Of a stretch of DNA of 64,000 bases, positions 13,311 through 21,149 are shown piece by piece. The DNA is from Synechococcus sp. Its GTDB lineage: Bacteria; Cyanobacteriota; Cyanobacteriia; PCC-6307; Cyanobiaceae. Where the stretch lies: assembly GCA_047285805.1 (NCBI GenBank), contig JBJBCN010000003.1, positions 32,001 to 96,000 on the forward strand, written 5' to 3'. Within the stretch, counting starts at the first letter, position 1. Each line of letters starts with the position of its first letter. Made by a program: the position numbers and the translations under genes. The notes beneath the pieces are model-generated. The model saw nothing but the letters and a program-made list of their open reading frames with translations. It searched no databases and was not told where the DNA came from.

Positions 13311-14126
13311 GTGGCCCTCAATAGTCGCTTCATCCTGATCTGCTCAGGTAAAGGGGGTGTGGGCAAAACCACCCTGACAGCCAACTTGGGCATTGCTCTG
13401 GCCAGGCAGGGCATGCGCACGGCCGTGCTGGATGCCGACTTCGGTCTGCGCAACCTGGATCTCCTGCTGGGCCTCGAGAACCGGATCGTCTACACCGCCC
13501 AGGACGTTCTCTCGGAGAACTGCCGCCTTGAGCAGGCGCTTGTGAAGCACAAGCAGGAGCCCAACCTCGCCCTGCTGCCTGCGGGCAATCCGCGGATGCT
13601 CGAGTGGCTGAAGCCCGAGGACATGCAAACCATCGCCGAGATGCTCAGCGAGACCCATGACATCGTCCTGATCGACTGCCCGGCGGGCATCGAAGACGGC
13701 TTCAAGAACGCTGCCGCCGCGGCCAAGGAAGCGATCGTGATCACCACCCCTGAAGTGTCCGCGGTGCGCGACGCTGACCGGGTGATAGGCCTGCTCAACA
13801 CACGGGGCATCAAGCCGATTCAGATGGTGCTGAACCGGGTTCGCCCGAAGATGATGGCCAACCAGGAAATGCTGGCAGTGGATGACGTCACCGACATCCT
13901 GGCCCTGCCTCTGTTGGGGCTGGTGCTCGAAGACGAGCAAGTGATTGTGAGCACCAACCGCGGTGAACCCCTCACCCTGAACGGCTCCAACTGCCCCGCC
14001 GCCACCGCTTACAGCAACATTGCTCGGCGCATCTGCGGCGAGGACGTGCCGCTCATCGATCCCTCCAAGGTGAAACAAAGCTTGCGCGCCAAGCTCAGCC
14101 GCCTGATGCAAACCAAGATTTTCTGA
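13311..14126 (+). CDS. minD: Septum site-determining ATPase MinD
   Basis: [32 protein letters not shown]-terminal amphipathic helix. Confidence 0.98.
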   Translation: MALNSRFILICSGKGGVGKTTLTANLGIALARQGMRTAVLDADFGLRNLDLLLGLENRIVYTAQDVLSENCRLEQALVKHKQEPNLALLPAGNPRMLEWLKPEDMQTIAEMLSETHDIVLIDCPAGIEDGFKNAAAAAKEAIVITTPEVSAVRDADRVIGLLNTRGIKPIQMVLNRVRPKMMANQEMLAVDDVTDILALPLLGLVLEDEQVIVSTNRGEPLTLNGSNCPAATAYSNIARRICGEDVPLIDPSKVKQSLRAKLSRLMQTKIF

Positions 14127-14130
14127 ACTG

Positions 14131-14505
14131 ATGAGCCTGCGCGAATTCATTGACAAGTTGCTTGGGCGTCAGACCGCCAGCGCCACCACGGCCAAAGAGC
14201 GCCTTCAGCTCGTGCTGGCCCATGACCGCAGCGACCTAAATCCGGAATTGCTAGAGCAGATGCGCCGCGAGATTCTCGAGGTGGTCAGCCGCTACGTCGA
14301 GATCGACCTCGGCGAAGGGGATGTGAGCCTCGAGACCGAGGACCGCGTGACCGCGCTGGTGGCCAACCTGCCAATCCGCCGGGCCATTTTTAAGCCAACC
14401 CCGGCTGAAACCGAGGACGCCGCAGAGACCAAGGAAAGCAGCGAGTCCCCGAGCTCAGGGACGGAAGCGAGAGAAGCCGAAGAGGTGATCGTCGGCCAGG
14501 GCTGA
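14131..14505 (+). CDS. minE: Cell division topological specificity factor MinE
   Basis: [17 protein letters not shown]...ALVANLPI, followed by an acidic C-terminal tail. Confidence 0.96.
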   Translation: MSLREFIDKLLGRQTASATTAKERLQLVLAHDRSDLNPELLEQMRREILEVVSRYVEIDLGEGDVSLETEDRVTALVANLPIRRAIFKPTPAETEDAAETKESSESPSSGTEAREAEEVIVGQG

Positions 14506-14544
14506 TTGTTGGGAAGGCTGAGCTGAGGGAAGCCGCCTCTCCCC

Positions 14545-14747
14545 ATGGTTGCCCCCGCAGGACTTCAACCCACTCCAGCAGAGCGGCGTGTGCTCCCGGA
14601 ATTGCGACGCGGCAAAAGCAACGCATCGATCGCGACCACTCTGGCCATCAGCCGGCGCGCGTCGAATGCCACCTCTCACGACTCCTCAGCAAAGCCGGTT
14701 GCCGTAACCGCACCCAGCTGCTGCTCTGGTCCATGACCGAGAGATAA
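14545..14747 (+). pseudogene. Small stand-alone LuxR-type HTH regulator, frameshifted
   Basis: TPAERRVL..LRRGKSNASIATTLAISRR, then a 1-nt shift near 14660 gives VECHLSRLLSKAGCRNRTQLLLW ending at TAA 14745-14747. Confidence 0.8.
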
Positions 14748-14772
14748 GCTCTGGCAGGGGCCAGTCCCCGTT

Positions 14773-14844
14773 GCCGGCTTAGCTCAGTGGTAGAGCAGCG
14801 CTTTTGTAAAGCGAAGGCCATCGGTTCAAATCCGTTAGCCGGCT
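14773..14844 (+). tRNA. tRNA-Thr(TGT)
   Basis: GCCGGCTTAGCTCAGTGGTAGAGCAGCGCTTTTGTAAAGCG...GGTTCAAATCCGTTAGCCGGCT. Confidence 0.95.
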
Positions 14845-14884
14845 TTTCAAGGACAGTCCCTGTCTTCTCCGTCAATCAGCACTC

Positions 14885-15271
14885 CTACTGCTGGGGTGAT
14901 GAGGCTGCCTTTCTCGGACTCCAGAGAGCACTCAGCGCCAGCCAAGGCAGGAGAACCGCGAGCGCTGTGATCAGCCAGCGATGGGTCTGCCATCGACTGC
15001 TGATCATGGCCGTGTCGCCAGCCGCTAGGACATTGCTTTCAACGGCTGGCGAAGCGCCGAACCAAAGCCATTTGATCAGCCAAGGCCACAAAAAGGCCAG
15101 GCCTGGAATGATCAGGACGCGGAAGTCAATGTTTCTCCAACCCTTCGCGGAGGGATCGATCCGTTGAACGCAAAAGACGGTGATCACGATCGCAATCACC
15201 AAGCTCGCGGAGACGTAAGCCCTCAGGCCATCGACGACGGCACGAACAAGCGGCAGAGAACCATCAAGCAC
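14885..15271 (-). CDS. Hypothetical membrane protein, possibly a fusion or remnant of two small membrane-protein genes
   Basis: Three hydrophobic segments; VQRIDPSA..W...FRVLIIPG..FLWP; internal ATG at 15007. Confidence 0.5.
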   Translation of the reverse strand: MLDGSLPLVRAVVDGLRAYVSASLVIAIVITVFCVQRIDPSAKGWRNIDFRVLIIPGLAFLWPWLIKWLWFGASPAVESNVLAAGDTAMISSRWQTHRWLITALAVLLPWLALSALWSPRKAASSPQQ

Positions 15272-15373
15272 CTGGCAGATAAGCCTTGTGTGCGAAGACT
15301 AGAGATGCTCAAAAGAAGGCTCCACTTCATTCACCAATCGCTGAAACACCAGTACAGACCGAACGAGACGCAC

Positions 15374-15398
15374 AAAAAAGCCCCGCAGATGCGGGGCT
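15374..15398 (-). terminator. Intrinsic terminator of the YRG peptide gene
   Basis: AGCCCCGCA-TC-TGCGGGGC-TTTTTT on the minus strand. Confidence 0.85.
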
Positions 15399-15421
15399 AG
15401 TGACTTCACATCAAGCGGGGA

Positions 15422-15523
15422 TCACTTGACGTACTTCAAACCTCGATAGTTCAGCCGAGGGTGCTTCTGGGAGACAGCCTCTTTGTTCTGCTGGTACTTC
15501 TGGCCGCGGTAGGTGAGGGTCAT
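15422..15523 (-). CDS. 33-aa DUF4278-type YRG peptide (not in the ORF track)
   Basis: MTLTYRGQKYQQNKEAVSQKHPRLNYRGLKYVK*, with two LxYRGxxY repeats and GAGGAA upstream. Confidence 0.9.
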   Translation of the reverse strand: MTLTYRGQKYQQNKEAVSQKHPRLNYRGLKYVK

Positions 15524-15542
15524 GGGTAGTTCCTCGGAGTCA

Positions 15543-15611
15543 GCCCAGGTCCCCGTTCCATGGCCTGGATCGAACTGCGCCTCAGGCAACCAAATGGCGC
15601 CGAGGTGAACG
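15543..15611 (-). ncRNA. Glutamine riboswitch (Downstream-peptide / glutamine-II type)
   Basis: CGTTCACCTC...GAGGCGCAGTTCGATCCAGGCCATGGAACGGGGACCTGGG directly upstream of a YRG peptide; matches the motif consensus as I recall it. Confidence 0.88.
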
Positions 15612-15615
15612 TTTG

Positions 15616-15629
15616 GTAGCGGATGCTAC
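15616..15629. promoter_or_regulatory. NtcA binding site
   Basis: GTA-GCGGATGC-TAC (GTA-N8-TAC), 4 nt upstream of the riboswitch. Confidence 0.8.
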
Positions 15630-15697
15630 AGAACCTTTTTAGCCGATTCGAATCCAGGCATGTCGTTCAATGGACTACACAACGCAGATTTCAATGC

Positions 15698-15922
15698 TTA
15701 ATCGCTCGGGCAGTTCTGGCGTGGGGTCAAAAAGAACAGCAGATCGCACTGAAAACGGGTGAAATCGCTGAGGGCGTTCTCCACATCCCCCGGATACCCC
15801 TGATCGGTCTGATTCGACGACGGGAGAGGACCGATCGGCGGCGGCAAGGCTTCCGCCATCGCGGCCCCATGCAGAAGCGAAAGGGATGCCACAAGAACGA
15901 CAGTAGGCCAACTAGTCATCAC
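15698..15922 (-). CDS. Hypothetical small secreted protein
   Basis: Signal-peptide-like N terminus ending AMA-EA, Pro-rich linker, two Cys near the C terminus. Confidence 0.4.
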   Translation of the reverse strand: MMTSWPTVVLVASLSLLHGAAMAEALPPPIGPLPSSNQTDQGYPGDVENALSDFTRFQCDLLFFLTPRQNCPSD

Positions 15923-15977
15923 CGCACCACAGCTCTACTCACTCATTAGCCATGGCCGAAGCGAACGGCAAGACATT

Positions 15978-16012
15978 AAAAAGCCCACCGGACCCCGAAG
16001 GATCTGGCAGGC
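15978..16012 (-). terminator. Terminator downstream of psaL
   Basis: GCCTGCCAGATC-CTTCGG-GGTCCGGTGGGC-TTTTT (UUCG tetraloop). Confidence 0.75.
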
Positions 16013-16043
16013 ATTGAAGGAATGGAGGGGATGCAGGCTGGGC

Positions 16044-16535
16044 TCAGCCGACGCTCCACACACCACCAGCAATCTTCACCAGAGGAGCCACGATCGTTGT
16101 GCCAGCAAGGAACCAAGCGAAGGCAGCGCCGCCGCAACCGCCGAGCCAGAAGCCGCTCGCGAATTCAGCCCAACCAGCCTTGGTGAACAGATCGGACGGA
16201 GGGTTGTCGATGGTGGCGTCGGCCGGCTGCACGTTGGGGCCGCGGCCAGCGGTGCCGTAGATCGACAGGCACACCGTCAGGATGGAAACCAGACCCACGG
16301 CAGCTAGGAGACCAGCGGTGCTGGCGTACTCAGTGGCGCGCAGGGGGCCGCAGATGGTGAAGGGGCCGTAGAGGAAGAAGCCATGGGCCATGCCCACTTC
16401 CAAACCTCGACGGTTGGGAGAGAGGGCGGGGCGATAAGCAGGCAGCGCGCCAAGGAAAGCGCGGCTGAAGTAGCTGCTGTTGACGGGAGTGGCCAGATTG
16501 CCGACGCAGGGGTCGGCCACGGGGGTCACAGTCAT
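16044..16535 (-). CDS. psaL: Photosystem I subunit XI
   Basis: [30 protein letters not shown]. Confidence 0.98.
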   Translation of the reverse strand: MTVTPVADPCVGNLATPVNSSYFSRAFLGALPAYRPALSPNRRGLEVGMAHGFFLYGPFTICGPLRATEYASTAGLLAAVGLVSILTVCLSIYGTAGRGPNVQPADATIDNPPSDLFTKAGWAEFASGFWLGGCGGAAFAWFLAGTTIVAPLVKIAGGVWSVG

Positions 16536-16579
16536 CGGGGGAAGAACGTCAGGTGGCTCGGGAATAAAGCTGCGACAAC

Positions 16580-16696
16580 TCAGTCGCGAGCTTCAATCAC
16601 GTTGAACAGCAGGGCCATGGCCACAGCAGGAGCCAGGATCCCGACAAGGGGAACGAACACCGAGGGCATCCAGGCGGCGACGAAATCTCCGGTCAT
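16580..16696 (-). CDS. psaI: Photosystem I subunit VIII (not in the ORF track)
   Basis: [38 protein letters not shown], immediately upstream of psaL. Confidence 0.96.
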   Translation of the reverse strand: MTGDFVAAWMPSVFVPLVGILAPAVAMALLFNVIEARD

Positions 16697-16806
16697 CAGC
16701 GTGGGCCAATACAGCTACCGTTCGGCACTGTAAAGAGACCTTCCGGAGCTGCTCTTCTGGGCCTCCAGGGGCGACATAAAAGTTCAGACCAACCGCACGC
16801 CGCGCC

Positions 16807-17283
16807 ATGACCCAGGCCCTCACCGGAATCGTCTTTGCCGGCGTCGTGGCGGCCTGCTGGGTCCTGGGCCGGCCCAAGCGCAACATCCTGCGCTCCACCG
16901 ATGCCTCCGCCATTGCGGCCATCAACCGCAGCCAGATGGAACTGGTCATCCCCTCTGGCGAAGGCGACGCCAAGGGACAAGCCAGCGCCCCAACCGTGCA
17001 GCTACCCGCCGCCCATGATCGGCGCGGCCGCGGGCTACTGCTCAAGCAGCTCGAGACGCAGTTCCGGGCTGGTGGCGAAGCACGCCGGAGCGCAATGGCG
17101 ATCTGCCAGCTCTGGCGCCACCGCGAGGCCCTGCCCCTGATTCGACGCGGCCTGCGCGATGCGGACCAGGTCGTCGCCGCCCTCGCCGCCGATGCCATGA
17201 CCAACTTCCGCGGACGCAGCAGCGCTCCGGTTGCCTCCGCTCAGCCGCACAAACTGCCCCGCAAAGTCTCCCGGACGCGATAG
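16807..17283 (+). CDS. Membrane-anchored protein with a HEAT-like repeat
   Basis: N-terminal TM segment; ALPLIRRGLRDADQVVAALAADAM resembles a HEAT repeat. Confidence 0.7.
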   Translation: MTQALTGIVFAGVVAACWVLGRPKRNILRSTDASAIAAINRSQMELVIPSGEGDAKGQASAPTVQLPAAHDRRGRGLLLKQLETQFRAGGEARRSAMAICQLWRHREALPLIRRGLRDADQVVAALAADAMTNFRGRSSAPVASAQPHKLPRKVSRTR

Positions 17284-18209
17284 ATCGGGCGGCCTTGGCT
17301 CTCGTGATAAGTCCGCATCTGCACCTCTGAGAGCAAGCCAAAGCAGAACAGCTGCACCCCTGTGATCAGGGCCAGGACAGCCACCAGAAGCAGGGGCCGA
17401 TTGCCGATCTCCGCGCCCCCCAATTTCACAGCGAGCAGATAGGCGCTCAGCAACGCGCCGATCCCCATCGCGCTGAGCCCCCCGAAGCCGAAGACGTACA
17501 TCGGCCTGGTCAAGAAGCGCTTCATGAACCAGACGGTGAACAGATCCATCAGTACCCGGAAGGTGCGATCGATCCCGTACTTGCTCTGGCCGAACTGCCG
17601 GGCGTTGTGGTTCACCTTCACCTCCGCAATCCGGGCCCCCTCGATGAAGGCCAAGGCGGGCAGGAAGCGATGCAGCTCCCCGTAGAGGTTCATGTCCTCC
17701 ACCAATTCGCGGCGGTAAGCCTTTAGGGAACAGCCGTAGTCGTGGAGACGCACCCCGGTCACCCGTGCGATCAAGGCATTGGCGATCTTGCTGGGGAGCA
17801 GCCGGCTGACGGCATGGTCCTGACGCTGATGACGCCAACCGCTGACCAGGTCATAGCCCTCCTCGAGGCGCTCCAGCAGCATCGGAATGTCGGCCGGGTC
17901 GTTCTGCAGATCCCCGTCCAGGGTGACGATCAAGCGCCCGCGACTGGCATCAAAACCTGCAGCCATCGCCGCGGTCTGGCCGTAGTTGCGCCGCAACAAA
18001 ACCGCCACCAGCTCTGGGGCCCCGGCCGCCTGCTCCCGCAACACATCCGCGGTGCTATCCGAGGAGCCGTCATCCACCAGCACCATCTCAAACGAGCGCC
18101 CCAAAGGACGAAGAGCCAACAGCAGCTCCTCCACCAGCAGCGGCAGGGTCTCCTCCTCGTTAAAGAGAGGCACCACGATCGAGAGTTCTGGAACGCTGGC
18201 GCTGCTCAA
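17241..18209 (-). CDS. Glycosyltransferase family 2 (GtrB/DPM1-like)
   Basis: SIVVPLFNEE, VDDGSSD, RNYGQTAA, LDGDLQNDP; two C-terminal TM segments. Confidence 0.93.
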   Translation of the reverse strand: MSSASVPELSIVVPLFNEEETLPLLVEELLLALRPLGRSFEMVLVDDGSSDSTADVLREQAAGAPELVAVLLRRNYGQTAAMAAGFDASRGRLIVTLDGDLQNDPADIPMLLERLEEGYDLVSGWRHQRQDHAVSRLLPSKIANALIARVTGVRLHDYGCSLKAYRRELVEDMNLYGELHRFLPALAFIEGARIAEVKVNHNARQFGQSKYGIDRTFRVLMDLFTVWFMKRFLTRPMYVFGFGGLSAMGIGALLSAYLLAVKLGGAEIGNRPLLLVAVLALITGVQLFCFGLLSEVQMRTYHESQGRPIYRVRETLRGSLCG

Positions 18210-18258
18210 CGGAACCGCTCAAGTTCGCTGGAACCTAGAGGAAAGACCCCCAATCCGT

Positions 18259-19341
18259 TCAACTGGGAAGGAACCAAGCCACCCCAAGCCCCAGGTAGGT
18301 GCCAAGAAGGTAGCCCAGCAAACCAATCGCCACCGAAGGCACCGCCAGTTCGGCCCGACCAATCGCCGTGGCCAAGGCCAAGGCCGTGCTGGGTCCGCCA
18401 ATGGAGGCTTGCGAGGCCAACAGGGTTTCAGCCAAGGGCCAGCGCAGCCAACGGCGGATGAGCACCAGTAGCAACAGGGCCTGAACCAAAACCACCAAGG
18501 CCGCATACAGCAACACCGGCAGGCCCTCCCCCAGGAGCCCCGCCACCGGGGAACTCAGGCCCATCACAGTGAAAAAAGGCTGGATCAGGAGCAGGCCAAG
18601 GCCATAGCAACCGCGCCGGCTGTCGGGCGCGGGCAGCTGGGCCACCAGCAGAGCCACAGTGGTTAACACCAGGATCGAGGGAACAGACGGCAACACGGCA
18701 CTCAGGGCCTGGGCCAAGACCAGAACCGCCAAGCCCCAAAAGGCCGCCAGCCACCAGGAACGCTCCGGCTGATCGCTGGGGGGACCATCGGCCCAGGCTG
18801 CGTCCTCGGGGGTGTCGGCCCGCAGCCCCAGCCAGGTGCTGACGGCAAACCACACCGCAAACACGACGTAGTCCGCGGCGGTGGCCAGGGTCAGGAGGGT
18901 CTCCGGCGGATTCAAGGTCCGGGCCACCGAGACGAAGTTCAAGCTGCCGCCGGTGAAGGTCGCGGTGTACATCCCCGCCAACACGCTCCGGCCATCCCCC
19001 AAGAGGGGATGGAGCAACCAGGCCCCAAGCAGCACCCCCAGCACCGTGCTCAAGGCCGCCATCAGAAAGGGACCCAGCAATTTCCTGGCCTGGGGCCAAA
19101 GACGCCGCAGGTCGACAGCAAGCAACAGCAGGCCAATCGCCAGGGAGGTGAATGGGCCGTTGATCCACCCCGCGGCCGCGGCCTGCAACTGCACGCCGCC
19201 GAGGTTGCTCACCAGCAACCCCAACACCAGCACCACCATCGTCATCCCCAACTGACGCCCCCAGGGTGTGCGCCGCGACAGCAGCCAACCCAGGGCCGTC
19301 AGGAGGAGCACCAGCGACAAAGACCAAAGCATGGGCATCAA
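18259..19341 (-). CDS. DUF819-family multipass membrane protein
   Basis: About 10 TM segments; ATFTGGSLNF and ASQASIGGPSTA motifs. Confidence 0.8.
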   Translation of the reverse strand: MMPMLWSLSLVLLLTALGWLLSRRTPWGRQLGMTMVVLVLGLLVSNLGGVQLQAAAAGWINGPFTSLAIGLLLLAVDLRRLWPQARKLLGPFLMAALSTVLGVLLGAWLLHPLLGDGRSVLAGMYTATFTGGSLNFVSVARTLNPPETLLTLATAADYVVFAVWFAVSTWLGLRADTPEDAAWADGPPSDQPERSWWLAAFWGLAVLVLAQALSAVLPSVPSILVLTTVALLVAQLPAPDSRRGCYGLGLLLIQPFFTVMGLSSPVAGLLGEGLPVLLYAALVVLVQALLLLVLIRRWLRWPLAETLLASQASIGGPSTALALATAIGRAELAVPSVAIGLLGYLLGTYLGLGVAWFLPS

Positions 19342-20090
19342 GGCAGGGTGGAGCCGTCGTGGCAGCGGACCACCCGACCGGCGCCGCGCAACTCCTGGCG
19401 ATAGTGAACGCTGACAGGATCGATCAGCTGACGATCAAGGCCATCCACGCCCAAGCCATCACGGCCATGCTCCCGGCCGGAGCTGTGCAGGTAGCGGCCC
19501 TGCCCGAGGTACAGCCCGACATGGGTGCAGCGTTGGGGGCGTCCAAAAAAGATCAAGTCCCCCGGCCGCAGCTGGCTGTAGCAACCGGGAGCGACCGCCA
19601 CGGGTTGGCAGAACCGCTCCTGTTGGTAGGCGTCCCGCGGAATCCACACACCAGCCGCGGCATAGGCGGCCTGGGTAAAACCTGAACAGTCAAAATCCGG
19701 GCCGAGGCTGCCGCCCCAGAGGTAGTGATTGCTTTGCTGCCGCGCGGCGTTCGCAAAGGCCAAGACCGCTGGCAGAAGTTCCGCGATGGCCACGTCGCAC
19801 AGGAGCCGCGGTTGCACAGCCGCGATGCAGCGGGCATGGCCCAGCAGATCCCGCGGATCGATCCAACCCGGGTAGCCGTCCTCCAGCAGCAGCACCTGAA
19901 CCCGCGGCCCCGTCGGCGCGGCTTCATCGAGCACCTGCAGGGCACGGCCAGCCCAGGCCTGAGTGGCCAGGCCCGACCCCGACCAGTTGCTGTAGAGATT
20001 AAGCGGCGCATCAATCTGCCAACGGCTGCCCGGATGCAGCAGCTCCAAGGCCACGGGTGTTCCTACGGACAACCTGCTTAACCTCGCCAT
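19338..20090 (-). CDS. NlpC/P60 (C40) cell-wall peptidase
   Basis: YLWGGSLGPDFDCSG, PGDLIFF, HVGLY, HSS. Confidence 0.92.
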   Translation of the reverse strand: MARLSRLSVGTPVALELLHPGSRWQIDAPLNLYSNWSGSGLATQAWAGRALQVLDEAAPTGPRVQVLLLEDGYPGWIDPRDLLGHARCIAAVQPRLLCDVAIAELLPAVLAFANAARQQSNHYLWGGSLGPDFDCSGFTQAAYAAAGVWIPRDAYQQERFCQPVAVAPGCYSQLRPGDLIFFGRPQRCTHVGLYLGQGRYLHSSGREHGRDGLGVDGLDRQLIDPVSVHYRQELRGAGRVVRCHDGSTLP

Positions 20091-20107
20091 GACCCCGAGT
20101 GGCTGCC

Positions 20108-21001
20108 ATGGCGTTCTACTGCCCAAATGGGGAGATGGAGCAAGCACTGGCTGCGGCGATCAGCAGTCTGGAGCAGGATGGCCGGCCGGGTCTGAGCGAG
20201 CAGCTCTCGGTCACCTGGATTCGCTACGGGCAGTCCCTACGCCACGACACCTCCGCAGAAGGCCAAGGCAGCCACTGGCGCGGAAACCAAGCGCGATATC
20301 CTGCCAGCGTAGTGAAACTGCTCTATCTCCTGGCCGCTGAGGCCTGGTTGCAGCGGGAGCTCATCGAGGACAGTCCGGAACTGCACCGGGCCCTCGCCAA
20401 CATGATCCGGGACTCGAGCAACGACGCCACCGGTTTGGTGGTGGACCTGCTGACGGGAACCTGCAGTGGCACGGAACTTCCGGCCGCGGCCCTCAAGCGC
20501 TGGAGCCAGCAACGCCAACTGATCAACCGCTGGTACGCGGAACGGGGATGGCCCGAGTGGCCCGGCAACAACGCATGCCAGAAGACCTGGGGCGATGGTC
20601 CCTATGGCCGGGAGCGCCAGTCCTATGGGCCCCAGCTGGAAAACCGCAACCGCCTCAGCAGCAACCTCACAGCCCGGGTGTTACAGGCGGTCATGGGCCG
20701 TGAACTGCTCTCCCCAGCCGCCTGCGGCAGGATGCAAGAGCTGTTGGCCCGCAGCCTGGATCAAGGGGAGCGGGCCGCGGACCCCGAAAACCAAGTCGAT
20801 GGCTTTCTCGGCGGCTGTCTGCCCGAAGGCGCCCAACTCTGGAGCAAGGCCGGCTGGATGAGCCAAGCCCGCCACGACGCCGCCTATATCGAGGTCGAGG
20901 GGAAGGCCCCCGCCCTCTTAGTGGTGCTCAGCGAGGGTCCCGAGCGCGCCCAAGACGAAGCGCTGCTGCCGGAGCTATGCCGACGACTGCTGGAGCTCTA
21001 G
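20108..21001 (+). CDS. Class A beta-lactamase-like serine hydrolase
   Basis: PASVVK (SxxK), DSSNDAT (SxN), SKAG. Confidence 0.87.
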   Translation: MAFYCPNGEMEQALAAAISSLEQDGRPGLSEQLSVTWIRYGQSLRHDTSAEGQGSHWRGNQARYPASVVKLLYLLAAEAWLQRELIEDSPELHRALANMIRDSSNDATGLVVDLLTGTCSGTELPAAALKRWSQQRQLINRWYAERGWPEWPGNNACQKTWGDGPYGRERQSYGPQLENRNRLSSNLTARVLQAVMGRELLSPAACGRMQELLARSLDQGERAADPENQVDGFLGGCLPEGAQLWSKAGWMSQARHDAAYIEVEGKAPALLVVLSEGPERAQDEALLPELCRRLLEL

Positions 21002-21042
21002 AGACTCAAGACCCCAGCCCGGGATCGGACTGGGGTTTGGAA

Positions 21043-21131
21043 CGGAGAGGGAGGGATTCGAACCCTCGACAGAAGTTGCCTCCTGTAACTCCTTAGCAGG
21101 GAGCCGCTTTCAACCACTCAGCCACCTCTCC
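21043..21131 (-). tRNA. tRNA-Ser(GCT)
   Basis: GGAGAGGTGGCTGAGTGGTTGAAAGCGGCTCCCTGCTAAGGAG, long variable arm, GGTTCGAATCCC. Confidence 0.96.
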
Positions 21132-21149
21132 AGTGGCCCGGAAAGAATA

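Noticed and set aside
12413..13324. 303-aa plus-strand ORF spanning the PLD pseudogene
   Set aside because: Antisense shadow of a high-GC gene. The minus-strand frame carries the HKD motifs and the coupled start/stop codons.
15640..15660. TTCGAATCC resembling a tRNA T-loop or att site
   Set aside because: It does not match the tRNA-Thr 3' end (TTCAAATCCGTTAGCCGGC) beyond a few bases and forms no cloverleaf.
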